Assembly: GCA_044376575.1 (NCBI GenBank) | Contig: JBILKR010000004.1 | Coordinates: 49,053 to 113,052, forward strand | DNA from: Flavobacteriales bacterium | Lineage (GTDB): Bacteria > Bacteroidota > Bacteroidia > CAIKAF01 | Length of the DNA: 64,000 nt | Reading direction: 5' to 3' | Shown: one piece after another, positions 48,051 through 59,574 of the stretch | How positions within the stretch are numbered: position 1 is the first letter of the stretch | Layout: every line of letters starts with the position of its first letter | Notes under the pieces: generated by a model | The model's input: the letters and a program-made list of their open reading frames with translations, nothing else | Databases searched by the model: none | Told to the model about the DNA's origin: nothing | Made by a program: the position numbers and the translations under genes

Positions 48051-50030
48051 TTATTTTTTCTCTACAATTTTCAATTCAACACGTCTGTTTTTAGCACGTC
48101 CTTCTTTTGTGTCATTCGTATCTATTGGTTTTGTTTCACCATATCCAACAACTTTTACAATTCGGGTCGCAGGAAATCCTTTTTTCATCATGAAGGATTT
48201 AACAGCTGAGGCTCTCTTTTCAGATAGTTTTTGATTGTATGCTTCATCTCCTACATTATCAGTATGACCTTCAATCTCAATTTTAAATTCAGGATTTTTA
48301 TTTAACAACTCAATTGATTTTAAACATTCGGTTGCACTGCCTTCAATAATGATTGCCTTATCAAATTCAAAATTGATATTGTTTAAAGTAAGTTTTACAC
48401 CAGCACTTAATTTTTCAAGGTAAACAACTTTTTGAATTTCTGTAAACTCAGTACTTCTTTCTAAATTAAATACTTCTGTGTAAAAAGTATAACCGGGAGA
48501 TTCAACATTCATGGAATAATTTTTACCGAATGGAAGTGAAACAACAAATTCTCCTGAAATACTATTGACATCAGCACTAAATAATTTTTCTCCTGTGTTC
48601 TGGTCAAATATAGAAACTACTCCACCAAGTAACTGATCTGTTGCTTTATCTTTAAGAATACCTTTGAATAAAGCCATTTGGAACTCCTTAAATACCTTTT
48701 TCTCAAATGGTCGAATAGCATAAATATCCTGTTTGCCATAACCATTTTCTTTAACAGAAGATAAATATGCATTTTTACCATCTGCAGTCAATACAAAGTA
48801 AATGTCATCATCTACACTGTTTACAGGATATCCCATATTGATAGGTGTTGACCAGGCTCCGTCTTTGAATTCACTTTCATATATATCATACCCTCCCATA
48901 GTTTCATGTCCTTTAGAACTGAAATAAAGAGTTATACCATCGGGATGAATAAATACTCCATCTTCATCTTCAGGAGTATTGATAGGAGAGCCTAAATTAA
49001 CTAGTTCGCCCCATGTATTATTATTTTGCATTTCAGACATCCAAATATCTTTTCCACCCATACCGCCTGGCTTATCGCTAACTACGTAAGCTATTTTTTT
49101 ATCATAAGAAATAGAAATGTGAGATTCATTATATTTTTTAGTGTTAATTAAACCGGGGATTGGTATAGGTTTTGACCATTCATTTCCATTAAGTTCTGAA
49201 GTATAAATGTCTCCATTATTTACAGATGAGTACAAATATATTTCTGATCCGTCAAGAGATAAACTGATAGATGCGTTATGTTTTTTTGGTGGATTTACTG
49301 GTGCGGGCATTTTATAGGGTGTTTGCCATTCGCCATTTTCATTTCTTATTGCTCTATATACATGTTCATAAAAGTCATGATCAAACTCAGAAATATTATT
49401 CTTTAATCTTTTTCCTTTCTTGTTTTCCATCTTTCTGGCAGTAAAAACTAGAGCGCTTTCATCCGCAGTAATTAACGGTACATATTCTCTGTATTCCGAG
49501 TTGATTACTTCTCCTAAATTTGTAACTACATAATCTTCCTTCTTCATTTTTTCACGCGCGTACTCACTCTCCGCAATTCTTTTGCGAATTAATTCCAGGG
49601 TGTCAGGATTAGTACAGTTTTCTCTATGTTTATTAAAAGCATCAATAGCTTCATCAAAAAAACCTTTTTGATGATTTGCCAAACCCAAAACGTAATCAAT
49701 ATCAGACATTACATTAGGATCAAGTTCTTTCGCTTTTTCAGCGTAAGGCAATGCATTATACTTTTCATAGGTATTCAAATAACAAATGGCAATATTATAA
49801 TTCAATAATGCATTGTCAGGGTTAAACTGATTCGCTTGAAGAAAATAAACCAATGCTTCGTTGAAAGCCCTGTCATTGTCATAAAAATAATAATCACCTT
49901 TTCTTAAAAGTTTAATTATTTTTTTTAATTCTTTTTTATCATCAGGAAAATTTTGTTTAGTAAAATCAACGTTTTGTGAAAAGCTGATACACGAAATAAA
50001 TATTGATCCAATCAATAATATCTTTCTCAT
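48051..50030 (-). CDS. PorE-like OmpA family protein (TPR, PD40 propeller, carboxypeptidase-regulatory-like, OmpA_C)
   Basis: TPRs, N.G..IN....E..P and LYFSS.G...GG.DI repeats, IEGHTD..G....N..LS..RA, NRRVE. Start set at ATG 50030. Confidence 0.9.
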   Translation of the reverse strand: MRKILLIGSIFISCISFSQNVDFTKQNFPDDKKELKKIIKLLRKGDYYFYDNDRAFNEALVYFLQANQFNPDNALLNYNIAICYLNTYEKYNALPYAEKAKELDPNVMSDIDYVLGLANHQKGFFDEAIDAFNKHRENCTNPDTLELIRKRIAESEYAREKMKKEDYVVTNLGEVINSEYREYVPLITADESALVFTARKMENKKGKRLKNNISEFDHDFYEHVYRAIRNENGEWQTPYKMPAPVNPPKKHNASISLSLDGSEIYLYSSVNNGDIYTSELNGNEWSKPIPIPGLINTKKYNESHISISYDKKIAYVVSDKPGGMGGKDIWMSEMQNNNTWGELVNLGSPINTPEDEDGVFIHPDGITLYFSSKGHETMGGYDIYESEFKDGAWSTPINMGYPVNSVDDDIYFVLTADGKNAYLSSVKENGYGKQDIYAIRPFEKKVFKEFQMALFKGILKDKATDQLLGGVVSIFDQNTGEKLFSADVNSISGEFVVSLPFGKNYSMNVESPGYTFYTEVFNLERSTEFTEIQKVVYLEKLSAGVKLTLNNINFEFDKAIIIEGSATECLKSIELLNKNPEFKIEIEGHTDNVGDEAYNQKLSEKRASAVKSFMMKKGFPATRIVKVVGYGETKPIDTNDTKEGRAKNRRVELKIVEKK

Positions 50031-50171
50031 AGCAAGATTTTTAAATACACTGCTAATTAAAGCATAATTCAGAAAAAAAAACAGTTTATAAGGGTTTAAT
50101 TTTCGATTAATATTAGTTAAAAAGTTTTTACGAATTTTGAACAGCGTATATTTGTTCAAACATCATAGAAA

Positions 50172-51242
50172 ATGCAATCTACATTTATTCACCCAGGAGT
50201 AAAATCTGTCCGTCCCATATATGTATGGCTTTACAGTGGAATTTTTCTTGTTTTTTCAATGATTGCTGTTGGCGGATTAACCCGTCTTACAGAGTCAGGA
50301 TTATCAATTACAGAATGGAATGTAATTATGGGTTCGATACCACCATTAAACGAATCCGACTGGCAGGAAGAGTTTCAGAAATATCAATCATCACCCGAGT
50401 ATATTCATAAAAATTTTGATTTTACAATTGAAGATTTTAAATATATCTATTGGTGGGAATGGATTCATCGGCAGCTTGGAAGATTTATTGGACTGGTTTT
50501 TTTATTTCCCTTTATTTACTTCATCAGTAAAAATTCATTTGGTAAAAAAGGATTCAGACGTTTACTATTTATTTTTTTTATGGGTGGTTTGCAGGGATTT
50601 TTCGGTTGGTATATGGTGAAAAGCGGATTAATCAATGAGCCTCGGGTAAGCCATTACAGATTAGCATTGCATCTTTCTACAGCACTTATTACTATCTCTT
50701 TAATTTGGTGGTTGATACTTGATATTAAGCGAGAGCGAAGTAAATCCTATCCTCCCTCCGATACACCTTCATGGCATCAATATTTGGCATTTTTTACTTT
50801 AATTGTTTTATCCGTACAAATTATATACGGAGCTTTTGTTGCCGGATTGGATGCCGGACAAATTCATAATACTTGGCCTAAAATGGATGGCGCCTGGTTT
50901 CATCAGGGGTTGTTTTATAAAGGATTACCTGACGCACTGCACACCGCAGAAAGTATTACGACCATTCAGTTTATTCACAGAACGATGGCAGTGGTTGTAG
51001 TGCTAATGATTGGCACTTTGTGGTTTAGTGCCCGCAGATATAATTACTTACATCCTCATCAGTGGAAAGGATTGCATACAATGATGGCTATGGTTGTTAT
51101 TCAGTTTATGCTGGGTGTATTTACTTTGTTGTATCAGGTTCCAATTTTACTTGGGTTACTACATCAGCTTGGAGCTGTAATTCTTCTGTTTGCAATGCTG
51201 CATCATTTACACAGCATTTCAGCAAAATCTAAATTAATCTAA
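50172..51242 (+). CDS. ctaA: Heme A synthase COX15/CtaA
   Basis: VGG.TRLT.SGLSITEW, EW.HR..GR, GWYMVKSGL, HR and LHQ heme ligands. Confidence 0.95.
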   Translation: MQSTFIHPGVKSVRPIYVWLYSGIFLVFSMIAVGGLTRLTESGLSITEWNVIMGSIPPLNESDWQEEFQKYQSSPEYIHKNFDFTIEDFKYIYWWEWIHRQLGRFIGLVFLFPFIYFISKNSFGKKGFRRLLFIFFMGGLQGFFGWYMVKSGLINEPRVSHYRLALHLSTALITISLIWWLILDIKRERSKSYPPSDTPSWHQYLAFFTLIVLSVQIIYGAFVAGLDAGQIHNTWPKMDGAWFHQGLFYKGLPDALHTAESITTIQFIHRTMAVVVVLMIGTLWFSARRYNYLHPHQWKGLHTMMAMVVIQFMLGVFTLLYQVPILLGLLHQLGAVILLFAMLHHLHSISAKSKLI

Positions 51243-51243
51243 T

Positions 51244-53061
51244 TTAAATCTTCTCAGGCAAAGAATATTTTCTTCCTGCATTTTGTTTTTTTAGCCAACC
51301 CATCAATGGAGAAAAATAATCTACCATACCCTGTGCACTCATATCTTCTCCGATAGAATTTTTTAAATGTTCTCTCCAGTTCACACTCGCTCCGGGATAC
51401 ATTAATTTTTTAAGAAACTCTCCAATTGCCTTATTCCCGTAATAATTTGTAGCGTGCGGATCTTGCTTCAAAATATTTTTTGAAATATTTAAATGAAACT
51501 GAAACAGCAGGACATTACTCATGGCATAATCATAATATTGCGCTGCATCGTTATTAATATGAGTTTTAGTAGCGGCATCGCAATACTCTTCACCACGAAT
51601 TGAGGGTGGTTCAATTCCCTGATATTTTTTTACCAGTTCCCACCACCGTTGGTTGTATTGATTGGATGGTAAATTCTTTGCATATAAATCATGCTCAAAT
51701 TCTGTCATTACTCCTGCACTCCATGGTATAAGCACAATATAATTCAGCGCTTCTTTTAACAATAATGTTGTATCATTGGTTTGTACTTCTTGTGGTATAA
51801 GTTTTAAATGCTGAAGAAAAGGCTTCTGCATACTTGCCAGCCCCATTAAGCTACCCATCGCTTCATGATATGCTCTGTTGGCGCCGCTTCGAAGAATAAT
51901 TGGAACATCTTTATTTGAATAAGTCATGTAGTAATAAATGTGCCCCAATTCGTGTAGTGTTGTTTCCCACCAGTTTGTATTGGATTCAACACTCATCAAC
52001 GAACGCACATCATCATCATTGTTCATGTGCCATGCAGAAGCGTGGTTGTTTTTTTGATAATTGGCATCAGGAGGTAGCGGATATAAAGAAGATTTAGAAT
52101 AAAATGTGGACGGCAGTGCATCAAATCCCAAACTCATGTAAAATTTTTCTCCTTCTTTTACAATCCACTCAGGTGATTTTTTTCCTAATGAATCATCCAG
52201 ATTTACACCTTCTACCTGAATCATGTCTGTCCATTCTTGGCCCCAGCGGTTAGGTAGCCAATGTGCAGGAATATAATCCGGCACAGCACCTTGATGTCCG
52301 TATTTTTTTGCCAGTTCGTAGCGAGCCCAGGTATGCAATTCTCTATATAAAGGCCAGATATCACGAATCATTTTTTGGCACTCAGTCATTAGTTCATCTT
52401 TAGAATAACCATATTCTGATGCCTGATAAGAAAAATAATCAGAATAGCCCAATGCCTGAACACACTGATTTCGCAATTGCTGTAAATTATTTAATCCTGT
52501 TTTTAATTCTTTTCCTACTTCTTTACTTGCTTGCCATGCATCGAGTCGTTCTTTAATACTTTTTGATTTTTTTAATATGTCATCCAGTTGATTGGTGCTT
52601 ACTTTTTTACCTTTCAGCATGAACTCATATCCAAAGAGTTTTTTTGTTTGTTCGGTTTCAGCTTTGATTCTTTTTTTCACTGCATCACCGGCTACTTCAG
52701 GCGCATTGCCTGCCATGTAAATAATAATTTCAAGTTGCTTTATCTGAACATCTGTTAACTGATCTTTTTGTTTTAGATACTGTTGTGCCTTTTCAATGTT
52801 TTGTTTTGAACCGGTAAATTTTGCCATGGCTTCATCAGCCATTTCTGCTTGTTTGGATGTGATTGTGTCGCCTTCAATAATTTTTGTATTTAAAGCCCAT
52901 TGTGCTTCAGATGATGCTATCAATAATCGTTGCCATTCTTTGTTGTATTCAGCAAGCCATGTATCCACTTCTTTTACAAATGAATTTTCTGTTGCCTGTT
53001 GTTTCTTTGAACAACTGCTCATCATCAAAACGACTAACGTAATAATAATAAAGTTTTTCAT
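51244..53061 (-). CDS. M2 family metallopeptidase (ACE-like peptidyl-dipeptidase), lipoprotein
   Basis: Lipobox MSSC, IPAHW, HASAW, HELGH...GAN.AYHEAMG, QGI.PP..R. Confidence 0.92.
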   Translation of the reverse strand: MKNFIIITLVVLMMSSCSKKQQATENSFVKEVDTWLAEYNKEWQRLLIASSEAQWALNTKIIEGDTITSKQAEMADEAMAKFTGSKQNIEKAQQYLKQKDQLTDVQIKQLEIIIYMAGNAPEVAGDAVKKRIKAETEQTKKLFGYEFMLKGKKVSTNQLDDILKKSKSIKERLDAWQASKEVGKELKTGLNNLQQLRNQCVQALGYSDYFSYQASEYGYSKDELMTECQKMIRDIWPLYRELHTWARYELAKKYGHQGAVPDYIPAHWLPNRWGQEWTDMIQVEGVNLDDSLGKKSPEWIVKEGEKFYMSLGFDALPSTFYSKSSLYPLPPDANYQKNNHASAWHMNNDDDVRSLMSVESNTNWWETTLHELGHIYYYMTYSNKDVPIILRSGANRAYHEAMGSLMGLASMQKPFLQHLKLIPQEVQTNDTTLLLKEALNYIVLIPWSAGVMTEFEHDLYAKNLPSNQYNQRWWELVKKYQGIEPPSIRGEEYCDAATKTHINNDAAQYYDYAMSNVLLFQFHLNISKNILKQDPHATNYYGNKAIGEFLKKLMYPGASVNWREHLKNSIGEDMSAQGMVDYFSPLMGWLKKQNAGRKYSLPEKI

Positions 53062-53067
53062 ATAAAA

Positions 53068-53940
53068 TTAATTGGCTGTGTTTGCTATTAAATAATTGAG
53101 CGCATCTTTAACTCGCCCTTGCTTAATCCATTCTTTTGCGATATGATGTGGATGATTATTTGTTATTTCATTCTTATCAATAAGAGTTGAAATATATTTT
53201 TTTGCTTCTTCAATGTCGGGTAGTTTTTCCTGATTACCGAGAATTCCTAAATCATTTCCGGTAAGTATATCACTGTGTTGAACAGAAAGAGGAAGCGCAT
53301 CGACTCCTATTCCTAAACTGGTTAATGGTTTTTCAACTTCAAATAACGCATCTCCTGATGCCCTTACATACCAATTGTCACCAAGCCTTCCTACCAAATC
53401 AATTTTATGCTGATCAATCTTCCCTTTTTCATTCAAAATTTCATCATGAATATGTATGGCAACTATTTCACCTACGATTAAATTCCCAGCTCCGCCTTCG
53501 TTACCGGTATAAATAATATCTTTAACAACACACTCAAACTGAACGGGCGATTCTTTCACCCGAAAAGGTTTTACAATGGTAGAAGGAATTGGAGTGAATC
53601 CGGCTTTATTAAATTCATTGATATTTCGTGGATACTCTGTACTGGCTAACGACATTTGTTGAACCATATCATAACTCACCACATTTACAACGGCTTCTTT
53701 TAATTGCTGTACATTTTCCAACGTGTGTTTAATGGTGTTATCTCTAACTCTTCTTGCAGGAGAAAAAATAAGTATGGGCGGATTGGATCCAAACGCATTG
53801 AAAAAACTGTAGGGTGCCAGATTAGGATTCCCTTCTGCATCCAATGTGCTAACAAATGCTATCGGTCTGGGTGCAATGGCCGCAAGCATATAACTGTGAA
53901 ATTCTGCAGTTGCAACACTTCCGGGTATAATTGTTTTCAT
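53068..53940 (-). CDS. Flavin reductase family protein
   Basis: PRPIAFVST, NLAPYSFFN, K.T..N, V.ESPV..EC, RLG..WY. Start set at ATG 53940. Confidence 0.9.
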   Translation of the reverse strand: MKTIIPGSVATAEFHSYMLAAIAPRPIAFVSTLDAEGNPNLAPYSFFNAFGSNPPILIFSPARRVRDNTIKHTLENVQQLKEAVVNVVSYDMVQQMSLASTEYPRNINEFNKAGFTPIPSTIVKPFRVKESPVQFECVVKDIIYTGNEGGAGNLIVGEIVAIHIHDEILNEKGKIDQHKIDLVGRLGDNWYVRASGDALFEVEKPLTSLGIGVDALPLSVQHSDILTGNDLGILGNQEKLPDIEEAKKYISTLIDKNEITNNHPHHIAKEWIKQGRVKDALNYLIANTAN

Positions 53941-53944
53941 CAAA

Positions 53945-54898
53945 TTAACTTTCGTAAACTCCCATTTTGGTGAATTTTTCAATACGCTGATGAATGAGTT
54001 TGTCATTCGACACCTTCATTAATTTATCTAATGAAGAGACTACTTCTTTTTTTACATTTTCAAAAGCCAATGTTGGTTCTTGATGTGCACCTCCTAATGG
54101 TTCTTTGATGATACCATCAATCAGTTTATTTTTAAGCATATCGTCTGCGGTTAGTTTTAGTGCTTCAGCCGCTTCCTCTTTGTGGTCCCAGTTTCTCCAT
54201 AAGATAGATGAACATGATTCTGGTGAGATTACGCTATACCAAGTGTTTTCAAGCATCAACACGCGATCTCCAATTCCTATTCCCAGTGCACCACCCGATG
54301 CGCCTTCGCCTATAATCACGCATACAATCGGAACTTTAATCCTGAACATTTCAAATAAATTTCTTGCAATGGCTTCGCCTTGTCCTCTCTCTTCTGCTTC
54401 TAAACCCGGATAAGCACCCGGTGTATCAATAAATGTTACAATAGGAACGCCAAATTTTTCTGCCATTTGCATCAAACGCAATGCCTTTCTGTAGCCCTCC
54501 GGATTCGCCATTCCAAAGCGTCTGATTTGACGCATTTTAGTATTGATTCCTTTTTGCTGACCTATCAGCATTACGCTTCTGCCGTCAATTTTTCCTAATC
54601 CGCCAACCATCGCTTTGTCATCAGATACATTGCGATCGCCATGTAATTCAATAAAATTACCCTGTGTTAGATAATCAATATATGCTAATGTATATGGTCT
54701 TTCAGGGTGTCTTGATATTTGAACTTTTTGCCATGCTGATAAACTGGAATAAATCTCTTTTTTCTTCTCAATAATTTTCTTTTCCAGTTCTTTTACGGCT
54801 GCTGAAATATCAACTTGATTTTTCTCACCCACTTCTTTAATCCTGATTAACTCTTCGTCTAATTCCTGTAATGGTTTTTCAAAGTCAAGATATGTCAT
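53945..54898 (-). CDS. accA: Acetyl-CoA carboxylase carboxyltransferase alpha
   Basis: [36 protein letters not shown]. Confidence 0.98.
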   Translation of the reverse strand: MTYLDFEKPLQELDEELIRIKEVGEKNQVDISAAVKELEKKIIEKKKEIYSSLSAWQKVQISRHPERPYTLAYIDYLTQGNFIELHGDRNVSDDKAMVGGLGKIDGRSVMLIGQQKGINTKMRQIRRFGMANPEGYRKALRLMQMAEKFGVPIVTFIDTPGAYPGLEAEERGQGEAIARNLFEMFRIKVPIVCVIIGEGASGGALGIGIGDRVLMLENTWYSVISPESCSSILWRNWDHKEEAAEALKLTADDMLKNKLIDGIIKEPLGGAHQEPTLAFENVKKEVVSSLDKLMKVSNDKLIHQRIEKFTKMGVYES

Positions 54899-55007
54899 AA
54901 GGCATTCATTTTGATACAGAATGTAAAGATAAAAAAAAATGGGAAGTTATATACCGCCCTTTTTGGATGATATTTCTTCATATATGAATCATTTAGTGTA
55001 AAATTGT

Positions 55008-55451
55008 ATGGAATTTATAAATGTAAATATGTGGTATAAAGAATATTCGTTGTCAGAAATCAATGCGTTCAATCAAAAAACAATGATTGATCATATTGGT
55101 ATTGAGTTTATATCGATTGAAAAAAATACGCTGAAAGCAACGATGCCGGTAGATCATAGAACTGTTCAGCCTGCACGTTTACTTCACGGTGGTGCAAGTG
55201 CAGCACTGGCTGAAACAATGGGTAGTGTAGCCTCTTATCTGATGATTGATCCATCACAGTTTCATTGTGTGGGACTGGAGTTAAATATCAATCATGTAAG
55301 GGGAGTTACTTCAGGAAATGTAACCGGAACTGTAAGCCCGTTACATATTGGAAAATCAACACATTTATGGGAAATTCGAATTGAATCAGAAGACGGAAAA
55401 CTTGTTGCGGTTAGTCGTTTAACGATGATGATTATTCCAATAAAAAAGTAA
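55008..55451 (+). CDS. Hotdog-fold thioesterase (PaaI/MenI-like)
   Basis: MPVD..T.QP...LHGGA...LAET.GS. Start may be 55029. Confidence 0.9.
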   Translation: MEFINVNMWYKEYSLSEINAFNQKTMIDHIGIEFISIEKNTLKATMPVDHRTVQPARLLHGGASAALAETMGSVASYLMIDPSQFHCVGLELNINHVRGVTSGNVTGTVSPLHIGKSTHLWEIRIESEDGKLVAVSRLTMMIIPIKK

Positions 55452-55455
55452 AACA

Positions 55456-56157
55456 TTGTTCAGGTATTTAAATATATTAATTTTAATAACTACGCTTTTT
55501 ACTCATGAGGTAAATGCACAGGATGTTTTAATTTTTGATGCAAATATTGGTGTTGCAGTTCCTCTCGGTGATATTTCTTCAGCAAATCCTCATTCAATAA
55601 AAAATGGGTTTGCTTCAACCGGTGGTATGATTCGAACATGGATAGGATTGAAGCCAAGTAAACATGTCGGACTTTTTTTTCAAATGAATGGAGCCCTTTT
55701 GCCAACGAATACTTCATTGGTTGAAGACCGCATCAACCAGCAATTTGGGATAAATTCTTCTGTCAATAAATCCAATACGTTATTTGGTGCAACACTGGGC
55801 GGTGTGTTGCTCAGCGGAATAGTAAAAGAATGGAGTATAGACGGACGCATAGCGGCCGGATACACATGGGTTCAGTCACCACAAATTGAATTGATGTATG
55901 ATAATAAAACATATTACAAATTATACATGAATAATGGAGAAGGCTTTGCTCTTTCTGCCGGTGTCGGTGCGAGAAAAAAAATATGGAAATCATTTCATGC
56001 TTCTTTTGCACTGGACTTTTTATATGCTTTACCCTTTTATAAAAATGTTTTTACTGAATCAAGATCAATTACAAATACAATGGAAGTAAGTATGAATTCT
56101 TATCATCAATCAGTATTTTTACTTCTGTTAACAGGTGGTTTTTCTTTTGCATTTTAA
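55456..56157 (+). CDS. Putative small outer-membrane beta-barrel protein
   Basis: Signal peptide VNA-Q, amphipathic strands, C-terminal GFSFAF. Confidence 0.6.
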   Translation: MFRYLNILILITTLFTHEVNAQDVLIFDANIGVAVPLGDISSANPHSIKNGFASTGGMIRTWIGLKPSKHVGLFFQMNGALLPTNTSLVEDRINQQFGINSSVNKSNTLFGATLGGVLLSGIVKEWSIDGRIAAGYTWVQSPQIELMYDNKTYYKLYMNNGEGFALSAGVGARKKIWKSFHASFALDFLYALPFYKNVFTESRSITNTMEVSMNSYHQSVFLLLLTGGFSFAF

Positions 56158-56160
56158 TAC

Positions 56161-57063
56161 ATGACAACAATACATTTATACACTCCCACACATTGGAAAG
56201 AATATGAGCTAATCGATAGTGGTGGCTTTGAAAAATTGGAACGTTTTGGAGATTACATCACTATTCGTCCCGAACCGCAAGCGCTATGGGATAAGACCAT
56301 GTCAGAATCTGAATGGTTGAAAAAAGCACATGTAAAATTTATAGGAACATCGAGTAACAGTGGCAAGTGGAATAAACTTAAAAAGATTCCGGATAATTGG
56401 ATATTGAATTATTCAGGAAATTCGATGCATATTTCATTTAATTTGGCATTAACCGGATTTAAGCATGTTGGTGTATTTCCGGAACAGGCAAGTAACTGGG
56501 ATTATATATATCAATCCGTGATAAAAATAAAAAATGTTCAGCCTCGTTTTTTAAATCTTTTTGCATATACAGGTGGTGCATCACTTGCGGCAAAATCTGC
56601 AGGTGCTGATGTGGTGCATGTAGATTCTATTAAGCAGGTAGTGAGTTGGGCAAACCGTAATATGGAAAGTAGCAGGCTGAAAGATATTCGGTGGGTTGTG
56701 GAAGATGCAATGAAGTTTGTAAAAAGAGAAATTAAAAGAGGGAAAACCTATCATGGAATAATTCTAGATCCACCTGCATTTGGACATGGTCCAAACGGTG
56801 AAAGCTGGAAACTGGAGAAAAATATCAACGAGATGATGAAGGAGGTATTACAACTATTAGATAAAGAACAATATTTTTTAATTCTAAATACCTATTCGTT
56901 GGGCTTCTCATCTTTGATTGTCGAAAATCTATTAAAACAGGAAATGAAAACACAAAATCTTGATCCTTCCCGATTTGAAATTGGAGAATTATATTTACAG
57001 CCATCTGTTGGTGAATACAAATTGCCTTTAGGTGTTCTGGGACGCATTGATAACTTAAATTAA
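56161..57063 (+). CDS. Class I SAM-dependent methyltransferase (RlmI/RlmK-like)
   Basis: YELIDSG..EKLERFG, H.GVFPEQ..NW, LNLFAYTG, ILDPPAFG. Confidence 0.88.
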   Translation: MTTIHLYTPTHWKEYELIDSGGFEKLERFGDYITIRPEPQALWDKTMSESEWLKKAHVKFIGTSSNSGKWNKLKKIPDNWILNYSGNSMHISFNLALTGFKHVGVFPEQASNWDYIYQSVIKIKNVQPRFLNLFAYTGGASLAAKSAGADVVHVDSIKQVVSWANRNMESSRLKDIRWVVEDAMKFVKREIKRGKTYHGIILDPPAFGHGPNGESWKLEKNINEMMKEVLQLLDKEQYFLILNTYSLGFSSLIVENLLKQEMKTQNLDPSRFEIGELYLQPSVGEYKLPLGVLGRIDNLN

Positions 57064-57069
57064 TCAGTG

Positions 57070-58206
57070 ATGAAAAAAATATTTTTTTTCTGGTGTATTT
57101 TTATTTCAGTTGTATTACATGCACAAACAACGGAGTACACATTTATACATGAATCATTAACGAGAAGTTATCGTTTGCATCTTCCTCCAGGATATGCTCC
57201 CAATCAAATGTATCCATTGGTATTTAATTTCCATGGATATACTTCAAATGCATTTCAGCAGGAATTATATTCGGGGATGAGTAATCTGGCCGATAATGAA
57301 AATTTTATTGTTGTATATCCTGACGGTATCAATAATGCTTGGAATGTTGGTTTTGGCTTAATGCCATATTATTCGGGGGTGAATGATGTTGGATTTGTGA
57401 ATGCACTTTTGGATACGTTGTTTTCAAATTATTCAATTGATGCTGATCAGGTGTATGCTTGTGGAATGAGCAATGGTGGTTATTTTAGTTACAGGTTGGC
57501 TTGTGAATTAAGCAGCCGCTTTGCAGCCATTGCATCTGTAACAGGATTAATCACTGATAGTACAGCTGCCAATTGTAACCCTTCACGTCATGTTCCTGCA
57601 CTTCAGATACACGGAACAGCAGATCCTGTTGTTAATTATAATGGTATGGTCGGTTCACTAGGCGTAGAAGAATCACTGAATTTCTGGAAGCAAAAAAATG
57701 AATGTGCTGAAGGAACGTATTCAACAGCATTGCCGAATTCAAACGTTACAGATTTATCAACGGCAGAGCATATCATTTACACCGGTTGTGATGGATGTTC
57801 ATCGCTTGAATTCTATAAAATTACAAATGGTGGACATACCTGGCCGGATGGTATTATTGATGCTCCGAACTTTGGAGCAACTAACCGTGATATAAATGCT
57901 ACTGAAGCCATCTGGACTTTTTTTACTCAGCATTCCATGAATTGTTCTGTAGGAATGAATAGTTATAATGAACAACATATTACAGTATATCCCAATCCTT
58001 TCACTGATCAAATTCAAGTCAAAATAAATTCAAATGAATCTGAAAATGTAACCTGTACAATTTATGATATCAACGGAAAGATGTTATTCAATCAGCAAGG
58101 TATTGCTTTGATCAATCTTTCATTTCTACCAACAGGTATTTACACCATGCAAATCATGTTGGATGATGAATTAATTACCAAAAAAATAATGAAGACAGCC
58201 GAGTAA
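57070..58206 (+). CDS. T9SS-secreted PHB-depolymerase/LpqC-type esterase
   Basis: PLV..FHG, GMSNGG nucleophile, HGT.D, GGHTWP, YPNP CTD. Confidence 0.9.
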   Translation: MKKIFFFWCIFISVVLHAQTTEYTFIHESLTRSYRLHLPPGYAPNQMYPLVFNFHGYTSNAFQQELYSGMSNLADNENFIVVYPDGINNAWNVGFGLMPYYSGVNDVGFVNALLDTLFSNYSIDADQVYACGMSNGGYFSYRLACELSSRFAAIASVTGLITDSTAANCNPSRHVPALQIHGTADPVVNYNGMVGSLGVEESLNFWKQKNECAEGTYSTALPNSNVTDLSTAEHIIYTGCDGCSSLEFYKITNGGHTWPDGIIDAPNFGATNRDINATEAIWTFFTQHSMNCSVGMNSYNEQHITVYPNPFTDQIQVKINSNESENVTCTIYDINGKMLFNQQGIALINLSFLPTGIYTMQIMLDDELITKKIMKTAE

Positions 58207-58207
58207 A

Positions 58208-59479
58208 TTACCAGGCAAATATTTCAAAATTTTGCATCAACGAATTTACTTTTTCACGTACTGATTTTAATACGCTATCGTCTTCAGCATGCATCAATAC
58301 TTTGTCTATAAGTTCCACAATTTCTCCCATGTGCTCTTCTTTCATTCCTCGTGTAGAAATAGCCGCAGTTCCAACCCTTATACCTGAAGTAACAAAAGGA
58401 GATTTGTCATCAAACGGAACCATATTTTTATTCACGGTGATGTCTGCTTTTACCAGTGCTTGTTCGGCGGCCTTTCCTGAAATATTTTTATTTCTGAGAT
58501 CAATCAGCATTAAGTGATTATCTGTTCCACCGGAAATGATCTGATAGTTTTTATCTACAAATGCTTTGGCCATTGCCTGTGCATTTTTAATTACCTGTCC
58601 GGTATATTCTTTATATCCAGTACTCAGGTCTTCATAAAATGCTACTGCTTTTGCTCCGATTACATGCTCAAGCGGACCTCCTTGTGTTCCGGGGAATACA
58701 GCCCCATCAAGCACAGCACTCATCATTTTTATTTCTCCTTTGGGAGTAGTAAGTCCCCAAGGATTCTCAAAATCTTTTCCCATCATAATCACACCACCTC
58801 TTGGACCGCGTAATGTTTTATGTGTTGTACTTGTAACAATATGGCAGTATGTGAGTGGATTATTTAACCAGCCTTTTGCTATCAGTCCCGCCGGATGTGA
58901 AATATCTGCCAACAATAAAGCACCTACTTCATCTGCTACTTCTCTTAATTTTTTATAATCCCAATCGCGAGAATAAGATGATGCTCCGCAAATAATTAAT
59001 TTAGGTTTTTCGCGCTGAGCAATCTCCTGAATTTTTGAAAAATCAATTCTACCTGTTTCTTTTTCTACACCATAAAAACTGGGACTATATAATTGTCCTG
59101 AAAAATTTACAGGAGAACCATGCGTAAGATGTCCGCCATGAGATAAATCAAATCCTAAAATTTTATCACCCGGTTTTAAGCATGCCAGCATCACAGCGGC
59201 ATTGGCCTGTGCTCCCGAATGGGGTTGAACGTTAGCCCACGCGGCACCAAACAGTTCCTTCAAACGATCGATGGCGAGTTGTTCAATTTCGTCAACCACT
59301 TCGCAACCTCCGTAGTAACGTTTCTTTGGTAGTCCTTCTGCATATTTATTGGTAAGGCATGAACCCATAGAATCCATTACCTGCTGACTTACAAAATTTT
59401 CAGAAGCAATCAATTCTATTCCTGATTTTTGACGATGGTATTCTCTGGCAATTAATTCTGCAATTCTTTCATCTCTCAT
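58208..59479 (-). CDS. glyA: Serine hydroxymethyltransferase
   Basis: [36 protein letters not shown]. Confidence 0.99.
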   Translation of the reverse strand: MRDERIAELIAREYHRQKSGIELIASENFVSQQVMDSMGSCLTNKYAEGLPKKRYYGGCEVVDEIEQLAIDRLKELFGAAWANVQPHSGAQANAAVMLACLKPGDKILGFDLSHGGHLTHGSPVNFSGQLYSPSFYGVEKETGRIDFSKIQEIAQREKPKLIICGASSYSRDWDYKKLREVADEVGALLLADISHPAGLIAKGWLNNPLTYCHIVTSTTHKTLRGPRGGVIMMGKDFENPWGLTTPKGEIKMMSAVLDGAVFPGTQGGPLEHVIGAKAVAFYEDLSTGYKEYTGQVIKNAQAMAKAFVDKNYQIISGGTDNHLMLIDLRNKNISGKAAEQALVKADITVNKNMVPFDDKSPFVTSGIRVGTAAISTRGMKEEHMGEIVELIDKVLMHAEDDSVLKSVREKVNSLMQNFEIFAW

Positions 59480-59574
59480 AACTATATTTTTATTTCAGAT
59501 TCTTATACAATACAAACATGTATGTTTTCAAGATCAATACAAAATAAAGGATTAACTTTGAATTATTCTCAAAA

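Noticed and set aside
50031-50159. N-terminal extensions given by the ORF track (also for 6873, 25368, 31683, 35986 and 54006)
   Set aside because: They overlap promoters or neighbouring genes. Downstream ATGs give family-typical N-termini.
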